NCBI GenBank assembly: GCA_964304625.1
Contig: OZ199839.1
Span: forward strand, 5,102,837 to 5,166,836
DNA: 64,000 bases
Reading direction: 5' to 3'
DNA from: Kudoa neothunni
Lineage: Eukaryota > Animalia > Cnidaria
Of the stretch, positions 1 through 12,952 are shown piece by piece. The translations under genes were made by a program, and so were the position numbers. Below the pieces are notes generated by a model. That model made no database searches, was not told the origin of the DNA, and saw nothing but the letters and a program-made list of their open reading frames with translations. The number at the start of each line of letters is the position of its first letter. The stretch's first letter is position 1.

Positions 1-1172
1 TGGTTGCTAATCGAAATGAAATTCTCCATCTAAACGCTAGTAAATTAGTTTATATCACATTTGTCAACAATATAAAATAATTATCTAAAAATGTAGGATT
101 AGCTCCTACAATGAACATAAAAGAAGAAAGGTAACAACAATGAAAAGTTCAGTTTCACAAAATTTCATCATATTTTAAGCGTACTCAATTATAATTACGA
201 TGGAAATTATTCTATATCGATTCGAATGGAAGATCTATTACTTTTGAAACATCACACCTATTTGAATGACACAATTATTGATTTCTACCTAAATATATTG
301 GTGAATCGTTAAGAAATAGCGGCAAGATAGATTATTCATTTCATATATTTAACACGTTTTTTTATACTAAATTATGTTCAAAGTACTTTTTCTAATTTGT
401 GTTATTCATATTTTCATTTAATTCAAACGAACAGAAATGGCCTCGAAGGTATTAGGTCATGGGTGAAAAATATAAACATTTTCAAGCACCGAGTTGTTAT
501 CATTCCCATCAATCAGCATCAACATTGGTCGGTGTGCATATTGTTAGCAATGGACCTTATCAACAGCCCACCCAATGGAACTGATAGTGTTGATAATGAT
601 ACGAAGTAGATATATTTTTTTAAACATTCACACTCAGTTCTACTCTCAGGCCGAATCTATACATATTGGATTCGCTCACATATGTAAGACGTAATTGTAA
701 GCGTTACACTCGAATTCCTACCCCCCGAGTAATTTTTCTCCCAATCTACTATAAATTTATTTAAGCAATATCTTGTTAGATTTATCAAGTCCGAATATCG
801 TAGATGGTTTGACAGTGAGATTCCCACCAAAGATATCACACTTTCATCCCCAACCGTATATATATATTTACATTGATTGATTAAAATTTATGTAAAGGTT
901 CCAAGGACAATCCAACTTATCCGATTGTGGAATCTATTTGTTGGAATACGTGAGATGTTACTTGGATGTAAGCGAGAATAGAATAATAACTTGTGTATCA
1001 AAACAATTGCTGAATTTTTATTTAGTGTATTAGAAATGGCATTCCTGTTTGTTTTCCAAAGTTGATCTCCCAGGATACTATATCCAATAAACGTAGTGAA
1101 ATATTCGATGTTATTGTAAATATGGCACTCGAAAGTCGGCTTTCTAATGGTGATGACGACTATTCGGATTGA
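1..1172 (+). CDS. SENP/Ulp1-family SUMO protease (peptidase C48), 3' part; multi-exon, 5' end outside window; apparent +1 frameshift near 903
   Basis: Spliced translation gives YLNDTIIDFYLKY, IFNTFFYTKL, IIPINQHQHW (His), YILDSL (Asp) and GQSNLSDCGIYLLEY (Gln/Cys). Stop TGA 1170-1172. Confidence 0.88.
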
Positions 1173-1450
1173 TTATATTTTATAAGTTGTTTGTCTGTTA
1201 TTTTCACGCGCAAACCCCTAATTATTAGCCTTAAAAAAGCCGAGTGTGATTTATTTTATCGGAAAACTTCTCACAACTCTCAAAGGATTTATGTCTACTA
1301 CGATAATTATCAACATTCCATCAAGAATATTATTTTTCACTTAAAATATTACTAATTCCAACCCCCTACAAAATTAAAATTATATTCGTAACTAAATTAT
1401 AAAATATACTAAAAATTACCAAATTTCTCTCAAAACATTAATCCTTTGTT

Positions 1451-1483
1451 GTGATAGTTATCACAAAAGATGATAACTATCAC
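1451..1483. repeat. Perfect 13-bp inverted repeat (gtgatagttatca-N7-tgataactatcac) containing four GATA-type sites
   Basis: Read directly; lies about 260 bp upstream of the septin ATG. Confidence 0.6.
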
Positions 1484-1746
1484 GAGATATCAAGTGTTAA
1501 TATTCGTAAGCATTTTAGCAGGTTATTAATCTTAAACTGTTTTTTATAAACTCTGATGGGATAAACAACAAATTATCCCCCAAGACTTACCTCGATTAAT
1601 TGATATTATTGGATTCCTTTGGTTGATCGGCCATTTTTACATTTGATAAAATAATTTTACGAGGATTTTGAGCACGAAATCAAAATCCGACAAAATTTTC
1701 AAAAAGATTTTATAAAGTGCGCGAGTCGCTTTACTGCCAGTTAACG

Positions 1747-3634
1747 ATGTCAACAGCAGACTTGTATCTTGAATTGGTAATTGAAATATTGTGGTCATGA
1801 TATTGTTAAAATTTATTTGGGCACCAATTTATGCACATTTGTTGTATATACATAGGGAGAATCAAACCGCCAACTCACGCCTTCACAACCCGTCGGATTT
1901 GACCATTTACCCAATCAATTAGTTGATTATGAAATTAAAAAAGGCTTCTCATTTAATATAATATGCATAGGTATATAGATTGTTGTTGATTCCTCTGAAA
2001 AAAATGTCTCATGATTTATCGTTCATAAATGATAAATAATTCATAATTAGGCGAAACCGGAAGCGGCAAATCTAGTTTTTTGGACACGCTTTTCGATAAA
2101 CAACTACATCGTAAGTCATACTTTTAAAATTACCTACTATTAAGAGAGAAAATTGGATCTAATCATTTTTGTGATTTAGTGTCAGCTGACTCCAGTGAAT
2201 GTCTCCAACATGTGACATTAAATCACTCCAAATATGGTAAATTAATAGATATCAGATGCGTTGTTGAGCTGAATAATTTTTCAAGTGGCTCATGAAGGAC
2301 CAGTCCATCTCACAATGAGAATCTCTGAATCGGCCAACTATGGCGATTTCATTGATAAAACCGATTGCAGCAGTGTGTTTGTGGACTATGTGAAATCACA
2401 ACTCAAAGAGTATTACACCAAAAAACAAATGATACATCGAAATATTCAAAACATGCACGACAATAGAGTTCATTTGTGTTTCTATTTGATTCCTTCGTCG
2501 TGTGCGCGGTAAAACTACAATTTAATTAATGTGTATTTTGTTTGTTTGATCGATGTGTAGATTGAAATTGGTTGACATTCTAACGATGAAAGCACTCTCC
2601 GATTATGTCAATATTATACCAATCATATCGAAGTGTGATTCACTAACCAAAGAAGAATTGACCACTTTCAAAACTCATGTAACTAAAGCTATAACTAAAA
2701 CTAGACTAGAACTAGATTCGTTGGAAATTTTTGTATTATTTTTAATTTAAATCATTAGGTAAGAGAACAACTTGCTACCAACGACATTAAAACCTACAAA
2801 TTTCCCACAACCGATTCTGCTATTGCCGACAGGAACAGCAAAATGAATGTACATTTTTAGGTGTTTTTGTTGTTTCATTGTGGTTTTGAATAGAATTTGT
2901 TGCCGTTTGGAGTGGTTTCCGCCAACACTATCGAAACAGTCAATGGCAAATCAATTCGTGTTAGAAAACTGCCATGGGGAATGGTTAAAAGTGAATTTGT
3001 TCAAAATATATTTCTCGTATGCTACTTCAAATATTCTAGTTGATGATGAAACTCATTGCGATGTTTCCTACCTTAGGGAAATGATTTTCAGGTATTATGG
3101 AGACGGTCGTCATATTCTAGAATTGAATAACTGTATTTTTATGTAGAGTCAATATGGACGACATTATTCACTCAACTGCTACAAAAATTTATTCCAACTA
3201 CAAAACTATTATGCTCCGAAATGAAGATGTCGATATTCTTAGATTGTCCCTTGCAAAGTAATAGTATAACTTTGGGTTTTAAGAGTTTTTAATGCGTGAA
3301 CGAACTGTTAGTAAGCAAATTAAGAAAAAGTCAGGTATCGAAGTTGCAGGTGTCAAAACTCGGGAAGATAAAATTCGCGCCGCTTTTAACGAAAAAATGG
3401 CGGCCTTGAATAATGGACATCAACAAAAAATGGCCAATGTAATTTATATTGAGATTCATTCTTAATCTAAACTTAATCTTTAGATGAAACAGGAATATCA
3501 ACGAAAAACTGACGATATCAACATCAAAATTACTGCGGTTGATTTTCTTGTTTATACTTTGAGATAAATTTTGTTAGTTACATGCCGCCATTGAGGCTAA
3601 TGCTACCGACAAGAAAGGTAAAAAGAAAAAGTAG
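1747..3634 (+). CDS. Septin, SEPT6 group (SEPT6/8/10/11-like), multi-exon
   Basis: MSTADLYLEL|GESNRQLTPSQPVGFDHLPNQLV..GFSFNIICIG|ETGSGKSSFLDTLF (P-loop), HDNRVHLCFYLIP, VNIIPIISKCD, RKLPWG, ETHCD; C-terminal coiled coil ending DKKGKKKK*. Confidence 0.92.
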
Positions 3635-6600
3635 ACTCCGAACGTTTTAAACACCTACTATCTAAAATCTAGTTCATTTTTTTCCAATTTCTGTCAACCT
3701 GAGTCTTAATTTTCTTTTCAATACCTCAAAAATTCGATGTTTTTGTTTTGAAGGTTGATTTTTATTTTTTAATGTTTTTAGCGTCCTTATGATTTTTCGG
3801 CCTAAAGCTACTACTTTGTATTTTTGTGTACCAATAGAATCTTAATTCTCCTTAAATAATGCCCGTTATGCCAAAATAATTTTGTTTGTTTAGAATGGAA
3901 GTATTAGGAGGATTGAATAATTATTTAACGTTGAAATAAAAATACATGCGCTTTACTTCGCTAAGGTTGGACTGAGGAAGTGGCTATTGGCACGGATCAT
4001 AATACCCGGGTAGGTATAGTTTTGGCTGTATTGAGTTATTTTTGGTCTCTGGGAGCGATAGTGATGGGCCAGAACTAATTCGATACGACAGATCCTAAAA
4101 AAGCTTTATAGATCAACCAAATAGGAATTGCCGGGATTAAAAATGGGGAGAGCGCGTGCGTAGTTGCCATATTGGATTAAAAACTTCCATGTCAGTAGCC
4201 ACTGTCATAGATTAATCCAGATGATTTTTTTAAAATTTAGTGCATTAAAATATATACATTTTATTATGGTATTTTACTGTTTCATGCCGAAAGTTTTTGC
4301 TTGCGGTCAGAAGATAATATATTGCGTAAAAATAATTAATTATAATGATTTGATAAGTTAAAATTATTAAAAATTGTTTGTTGTCAGCCATTTTCATCTA
4401 ATTACAGGAAAAAATGAAAATCAAGTAAAACCCCTATTCGTATGTATCATAACCATGTACAAGTTTCAGGTTGTTTTTAAATGCGTTGAGGATTTATTTG
4501 ATGCTAGGTTTGTAATGAAAATAAATTAATATAATTAATATGCTAACGTCGACCCAATTTTTGTGCATGCGCACAAATGTTTCCGCTATTTTTCATTCTC
4601 AAAACTATTCCTTATCTAAAAATAATTAAAGCTTTCAAATATAAGTACAACAAATTGAGTTTAAGCACATATATTTTTTTCTTGAAATAGATATATTATG
4701 ATAATAATCATTAATAGATAATACACAATAATCTCTGTGTAAATTTTTTACATTGATTCCTCAAGTTTTCGAATATGAATCAATATGCTTTAACAAAAAT
4801 ATTATATAAAATATATTAAGATTATGGTTGAAAATAAATTACATTTTTTTAAAAAGTCGCTATTTCAAATTTTTAACTAAATATCTCTGTGTTAAATTTC
4901 CAAAAACTTTTTTTATTTTTTCCTAAAAGATGAAAATTTCTAAAACACTTAAACATTATTTTGGAGAAACTATTCGGAATGTAGAGCCATGGAGATGGAA
5001 CTTTTACTCTTGTTCGTTTATATTTAAATAAGTATTAGGTACGAAAGTATTAAAATATCATTGGTTTCACTTGTATTAAATTTGTACATTTACTTTGGTG
5101 AATTTAAATGTATTTTATTATAGTATTTAAACAAACAAATATGCAGAAAAAATTTGACGCGGATGAACGAAAACCCCCCTCAAAAAATATATATAAACAG
5201 TGAGTATTTTTTAATGTGAATTTTATTAGAGAAATGATTATCGAATGAGTGCTCTTGATTGAAATATACAAATAATTAATGCTATTCTTGAATGAGAAAT
5301 TTTTGATCACAAAACAACCAAAAATACATATCTTGATATAAAAAGCGTTACTACACAACCGATATTTCTAAGACTACGAAAATTTCAAAAGAGTATTATA
5401 ATTTAAAAACTTTAAAAAGTTATTTTCGGTTAACACGCACTAAAATATAAATTATTTATTTTCCAACATGTAACTATACGAGTATTGTTATGACTAATGA
5501 ATGAGTAAGTTATACTTTATTATAATAGTTATAAACATGAAAATGACACGATCGTGATAATAATTTTCATTACAATTCTTGAATAATATAAAAGACGATG
5601 ACCAACTGCTATTACAACAATAATATAATTTAAGTTTCATTAATGATTTTACATGTTTGTAAACAAATAATCCTTGATCCTATGTATTCTGAATCAATAT
5701 TATTTTTCAAAATTTTAGCAATTAGTCTTGTAAAAAATTATTAGGAACTGAATTATTAAGAGATAAATCCATATTATCGCGGTGTTAATGTGTTTTGATA
5801 TACGAAAGTTACCATTCTTGGCCTAGAACGAGAGAATGAAAATGAGAACAACTTTTCCATCTATTAAATGCATTTTTTAATTTAATGTCAATGTTTATTT
5901 CTTTGAATTGTTTTTGAGTAAACTCTGACAAATTTTCATAAATAAATATATTTTCCTTCGCTCAATATTAAATGCAATATTATTAATACTATGCATAATA
6001 TGAATTCAATTTGGAATATAATAAATAACTAAACAGATTTATTTAATAATTTTTCATGTATTTAACAACAGAATAAAATTCTCGCAAGTTATCGTACGTC
6101 ATCACATTAATTTATTTCTCGTTTTTCTCGAAGTTTTAGTCAATAACAATAAATTTTTGGGCCAAAAATGGAATAAAGTATTTTTTTAGAATAAATATAT
6201 TACAGAAGAATAAGCTATTTAGACCTTAAAGAGAAAATGTATTTTTATATTAAACAACTGCTCATTCAATCATATTGTTTCTATTTTAATAGCAAAAATT
6301 TTATTTAAAAAATGTTCATTCTTAATAGTTTAATAATATATTGAGTCTCTGATAGTTTAAGTAAAAGACAAAACGAGATAATCTAGAGTCACGTTGACTT
6401 CGAGACACTCCCAGGTTAATTAGCCTTAATAACAAAACTTTTACTTTTTCAAATTTTAATTTATAATAATCATAGGAAGTGTTTGCAGAAGCTACATACG
6501 TTTCAAATCTCACGCAAAATGAAAATATTTCTGTTTATAAATTACAACCACTGGAAAAAAATAATCAGTTTAATTTTAAATTGTGGATCTAAATAGGTGA

Positions 6601-6681
6601 TCAAAAAATAAAATAAGAGAGCTTGAGGTGCATGGGAAATTTAAATTTCGCGCAAGCGCAAGTACACGTTTGGGTGCATCA

Positions 6682-9280
6682 ATGTGTAATATTTTCTGTT
6701 CTACGATGCGAGGAATTGCTATAACAACCAGTATACCAAATATCAGACATTTATCGTATGATCAGATAAATTTTTAATTACGAATTAAAATTTCTAATTC
6801 AGTAATTCAATCAAAACCAACGAACATTCCTATGTGATTTCTCTTTTGAATGGTTTATATCCATACAAACACATTTATCCGTATCCAAAACGTGCACAGT
6901 TTAAATATTTATAATTTGTTGATTAACTTATTTTCTACATAGTGAAATCAAATTTCGATCCCTTAAGTTTGGCCACAAGTACTTTATCAAAGTTTCTCAA
7001 GGTTTTATTCAACATGGCTAACTTGAATCTATATAATATCAAAAATAGGAAAATAATGACGCCAGTGCTAACGATAGAAATGGAAAAATTGATGACTATG
7101 TGTTGAAATATTTAAAAGCATTCGGGGCTTTTGGGATTCAGGTTCCAGAAAAGTATCACGGTCTGGGTCTGTGTTCGACTGAAGTAGCTGTTAGCAGTAA
7201 AATGAATTTATTTTATTTCGAACAAAGTTTGCAAGAATTATTGAAACTTTTGGGTCGGATATGGGGTTAGGTGTCACTCTAGGTTCACATCAAGTAAAAT
7301 TTTTTTTTTCAATAATAAAAGAAATTTTTGCGCCGATTTAAGAGCATCGGTTACAAGGGAATTTTGCTGTACGGGAACGAACAACAGAAAGAGAAGTATC
7401 TTCCAAAAGTAGTGCAAATATAGATTTTTGGGATTGATTTTGGATAGCTTGCGACTGGAGAAATGATAGCTGCATTTTCTCTAACCGAACCCAACGCTGG
7501 TTCCGATGTTTCCGTATCTTACGCAATTTAAATACGCACGAAAAAAGTTGTGGTTTAGTCGATAGAAAGTAAAGCTGTTATCAGTGGCGATGGTACTCAT
7601 TACACGCTTAACGGTACCAAAATATGGACCAGTAATGCAGACAAAGCTTCATTATTCACAGTTTTTGCCAAAGTTTATTATATGAGCACAATAGTTAAAG
7701 AATTTAAGTTAAATCGTAGACTGATGTGAACGGAGAACAAAAAATAAGTGCGTTTATTGTCGAGAAAAGCTTTCCAGGAGTTACAGTGTTAGTTGGAACT
7801 AATTTTAAATAAGTATTTAAAAAATTATTATAGAGGGCACGTCGAAACTAAAATGGGACTTAAAAGTGTTCACTCTGCGTCGGTGAATTTTGACAATGTT
7901 AAAATTCCAATAGAAAACCTTATCGGAGGTTCGTATGATTAATGAACCACAATTATAGATTGTATTTTGTAGAATTAGGCGAGGGCTTCAAATTAGCGAT
8001 GGGAATTTTAAATAGTGGAAGATTTGGAATGGGCGCATTGATGTGTTCGGTCCAACGATCCCTCCTCACCAAAGCTGTATGGACATATCCGCTATGAAAT
8101 ATTTGAATTTTGTATTTAAAGATAGAAGGAACTAAAGACAGGGTCCAGTTTGGTAAAAATCTTGTAGAATTTGAGGATATTCAGCACAAACTTGCTTGTA
8201 TGGCAGCGGATTTGTACACCACAGAGGTGACTAATTTGGTCGAATCCTACTGACTTGAATTAGGCTATCACCTATTTGATTAGTGATGGAATGGACAAGA
8301 AACTTAATATTGAAATTGAGGCCGCTATTTGTAAAATCTATTCGTCTGTAGATCGTTCTGCCGTAAAACGTGAAAACACATGTTTACTTTTGTTTTTAGG
8401 AATCCACATGGAGTAGTGCAGATGAGTGTATACAGGTTAAACTTATTTTTTCATATACTTGACTCATCCAACTATGATTTAGTTGTTAGGAGGCATGGGA
8501 TATATGGTGGTACGGTTTTAATTAATAATTGAATCCCCCTAAATTTCAACTATCTTAGGAAACAGGGGTTGAAAGAATAATGAGAGATTTGCGCGTTTTT
8601 AGAATTTTTGAGGGAACAAATGATGTTTTGCGTCAATTTATCATGTTGACAGCGTTTAGAGTATACATGGATTTGTTTAATCTTAAAATTTAAAATTTTT
8701 GTATTTAAATCTCAGAAATCTAACCCAAGCTATATGAAGAGCATAAAAGCTTTGTATGTCATCCTAAAATGATGATTAAATTAATAGCAAACAAATAGAT
8801 TCTCCATTAATATGATGGATATATCTACTGGAGGATATGTTCCATTCAGATCGGAAGTATTTCTGATAGACAAATAATGAAATTATTTTTTTTAAGCTGG
8901 CGTCTGTTCAAAAAAGTTTTATGCTTCAATGTCTTAGTTCGTTGATGAAATACAAGAAAAATATAGTTGGTAAGCTTGAAAATTTAAGTTTATAAACATG
9001 AAACAAACAACTAGATAAACAGGTTCTTGTGAGATATTTGGCAGACACTGTTATTTATTTGTATGGTGCTGCTGCGGTTCTTTCACGGGTGGCTTCAAAT
9101 GACGCCCCTTCTGAAGATGAGAAAAAGCTATTTGTTTTGGCATTCAAAAGGAATATTGAAAAAGCCAAAAATTCTCTTTCTCAAACAGATTCCCACTTAG
9201 AATATCTTGGAATGGTCACTGACGTTACAAGTGCTCTGATCGAAAATAATGGCTGTTTCACAAGACACCCAACCGAATAA
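6682..9280 (+). CDS. ACADVL: Very-long-chain acyl-CoA dehydrogenase (VLCAD; ACAD9 less likely), many short exons
   Basis: [101 protein letters not shown]; C-terminal extension (ORF 9029-9280). Start may be 6682 or 6706. Confidence 0.88.
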
Positions 9281-9822
9281 TCGCTGTTATGTGTAGTAAC
9301 GATGACAATAGTTCATTAATTTTGATACAATTTATTGTTTATTGGAAAATAATTTTTCAACCTTTTCTTTATAATTTGACTCACTGTATAAAATATTAAT
9401 GAGGCGTCGGAAGATGTAAACTGAGAGGAGGCGCTATCAATAGTGCTGAGATAAGGAACTGATAAGAATTGGCCACAATATTTTTCCTGAAAATTAGTTA
9501 TGGTTCGGAGTTGTGGAGAAATGTTTCTATGGCGTCAGGATATGGGAGATTTTTCTAAAATTAAATCGTGTATAATGGATATTTGGATATGTGGAGAAAT
9601 GAGTGAGAACTGATCAAATAATGATACAACTTCAAAATAGGATTATAACAAATGCAAAATCAATAGGATTATTTACCATATTATTTCTATTATAACAGAT
9701 TACATCGATGTTCGTCATTGAAAGTTGGTGATCGTTGTGAAAATTGGGATTGATCCCATTCTGCTAAACATTTCTAAGGCCTTGCTCGTGGAAAAAATTT
9801 TTTTTTATTTTGAGGGTTTCGG

Positions 9823-12800
9823 ATGGAACATTCTTCAAACCCCAACAATTACAATATCGAAGAGGATGTGAGTTTATTGTTAGTTGTTGTAAAAATAAAT
9901 ATATTTAAATGTAGGTTGTCAATGTGGAGGAGTTGATAAAAATTACCCGGAAAAGTGTGGTTGACTTGGAGAATCTTCGTAACGAATACCATGGTTTTAT
10001 GCCAGACATGGTTCGAGAAGTATGCGACTAAAAATAAAGGATTGTTTTTTGAATGTTGATTGTCAACTAATGCAATAAATTGGCTGTGATGTAGGAATAT
10101 GACGAGTTGAAAAAACGCCTCCAAACTTTGCGGGAAATCCACTACAAACTGAAGAGTTCGTCGAATATGTCCTGGGATAGCAATGATGTGTCCCCAAGAA
10201 GAACATTGGTTGAAGTTACCGAACTTTCTAGCAACGTTAATGAGGATTCTCTAACCAATTTGAAACACATCGACAGAAAATACACAGATAAATTCACCAA
10301 CCAACCAAACTCATTGAATGAACGATCGACTATGTCGAGTGCAGCTTACAATCGAGTATCTCATTCGCTTGATTACGACCAAAACGATGGATGGTTTGAA
10401 CATAATAACAGTTCGGTGGTGGAAATTGATGATTGCAACGGATATTCTCAAAACACCTCACAAAACAATAAAGATTCAAGTATTTTTAGTGGTCATTTAC
10501 CTGATTTTTATTAGTTTTATATAGAAGATTTAGAGAATAAGTTCGATTCGATGAATTTATCAACTAGAGAATTTGTGGTGATTCAAATCCCACCCAAGTT
10601 AACATACAAAGTATGAAACATATTTTTTATAGATTGGTGAATTAAATTTTTTTTTTAAATTGCTATAGCTGAGAGTTTCCATTCAAGAAGATATGCGTTC
10701 TTTGGTTGTACCTTATTTGAGGAATTTGAATATAAACATCGAAAATGTTGTGGTCGTTGATGTGAAGACCAAGTAATGTCATAGTGGTTGGTTAGGGGTG
10801 AATTTAGGTTCTTTTTTATAGAAAAATTATCAATTTGGATCTTTCATCAATGGAATACTCAAGAAAAATAGTATGTTATATTTTTGACTTGATTCATATG
10901 GTCGGTTTGATTAACTATAGCTAAAAGTGTATTATAAAAGTATTACCAATAAAATTACTCCAAAATTCCATATTTTAGTAATCCTATATTGATCTGATTG
11001 CAATTATTTGATTCAGTAACCTTTTTTTAGACGAAAAAATTTTTTGTGGCAACAAAAAACTGTATCATATGTAAATCTCGAATCCTTAATGGTTTAAAGT
11101 AGTAGAAAATTAACAGATTTTTGGAAATGTAATCTGATGTAGATGCACTCAATGTTTTCTACCGTTTCACAAAAAATGCTACTACAAAAAACCAACTTTA
11201 TGCGATCCAAAGAAACAATCGATCTGTGAGGTACAAAATATTGTGGATGAAAATGAAAAGAGTGGATCGTAATAATTGATTAGATTCTTATTAGTTTTTA
11301 AATAACTTGATATAGCTCCAAAATGGACCTGATAAAATCTCAGCTTATCTATCCAAATCTTTATAACTTTGGATCGAGTGATAACAAGCACACGAACGTC
11401 AGGAGCAATAGTGGTCGTTTGGGCAAGCCAGCCACGATCAATACCTCCTTTGATGAAAGCAACCCCAACTTTAATGTAGTATAATAATCAATTGTAATTT
11501 ACTTGATTACTGTGTTATAGAAAATTCGTCAAGTACCGAACTACTGCACTCTCAACAAAAAAAGTATTTTCGCCTAATACTGACTATAAAACTGTAGTTT
11601 TATATGATGGATTGATATATTATTATAGAATTCGTTATGCGATTTAAATTTATAATTGATTAAATTAATGGAGATATTATTGAAAAATTACAACCTAAAA
11701 CTCTAAAAGGTCAACGTTATTATATTGAGATCATTTAGTTAGACCATCAAACAATCAAAATACCTATAAAAATATTATTTCCTGCCAGCAGCTCAATAAT
11801 TCATACAATCCTCGACCAAACAACCTGATGTGGAATGATACCAACAAATTTTCCGAACCATACTCACCTAAAAACGATAGTCATAATGAGAGTGATTTGT
11901 TCGAAGGCGATAGAATGAATAGTGGGGACTGGGAAAATGGTGCTGTCAACCGCAACCACCTCTCCAATGATGATAAATCCCTCCCGTATAGCTCAAGACC
12001 ACGGCGCCGTGTTGTCAGAGTGAAACCTGTCACCGACAATCTCCATCTTCCTTGGTATATTGAACATCGTGAAGTGGATATCCAACAGAAAATTGGAGTC
12101 GGTTCTTTCGGAACTGTATACAAAGGATTTTGGCACGGGAATGTTGCCGTCAAATTTCTCAATGTAACCTCTCCGAACGAAGAACAACTCATAAGCTTTA
12201 AAAATGAGGTGAATATTCTTCGTAAAACAAGACATAACAATATCCTTCTATTTGTTGGTTGCATTTACACACCTAGACTGGCCATTGTCACCCAATGGTG
12301 TGATGGCTCATCCTTGTACAACTTTTTACATGTTGATGAGCAACGATTCAAATTGCCTCAACTTGTTGGTATCGCTATTCAAACCTGCGATGGAATGGAC
12401 TATCTTCACGCTAAAAATATCATTCATCGAGATCTCAAATCGAACAACCTCTTTCTTCAAAACTCGGTGGTTAAAATTGGAGATTTCGGATTGTCAACCG
12501 TGAAGCGAAGAGGCTTCTCTGAAACCGCGAACAAACAACCCACCGGCTCCATTCTATGGATGGCCCCGGAAGTTATAAGAATGGATTCCACTGATCCATA
12601 CACTGTCTTTTCGGATGTGTATTCGTTTGGTATTGTGCTTTTTGAGTTATTGTCCTGTAAACTACCGTATTCGCATATTAAATTCAAAGACCAAATTTTG
12701 TATATGGTCGGCAAAGGAAAACTTCAACCAGACTCCTCACAAATACATAATCGATATGGAAATTTTCTTAAAACTCTCTATTTCAACTGTATAAAATTCA

Positions 12801-12952
12801 CCCCCACAGAACGTCCTCTCTTTTCCACTATTGCCGCCAATCTCAAAACCTACAAAGATAAACTTCCGAAAATATCCAGAACCACATCCACAAAAGATTT
12901 TCGATTCAGTTTGGGATCCCGTGTTCAATCGTTTGATGAAGAATTGATGTAG
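9823..12952 (+). CDS. Raf-family MAPKKK (B-Raf-like): N-terminal BRS-like coiled coil, divergent RBD, C1 domain, kinase
   Basis: Kinase ORF 11828-12952: IGVGSFGTVYKG, VAVK, FKNEVNILRKTRH, HRDLKSNN, DFG, GSILWMAPEVIRM. Upstream exons give EEDVVNVEELIKITR..EYDELKKRLQTL (BRS-like) and H-x12-CIIC..CTQC..HKKC..C (C1). Confidence 0.92.

Noticed and set aside
4180-6640. Short ORFs in the septin-VLCAD intergenic region
   Set aside because: Low-complexity F/I/K/N-rich frames expected by chance in very AT-rich DNA.
11828-12952. Stand-alone 374-aa kinase, or KSR
   Set aside because: Upstream phase-compatible exons add BRS-like, RBD and C1 domains; the VAVK and RKTRH motifs are Raf-type.
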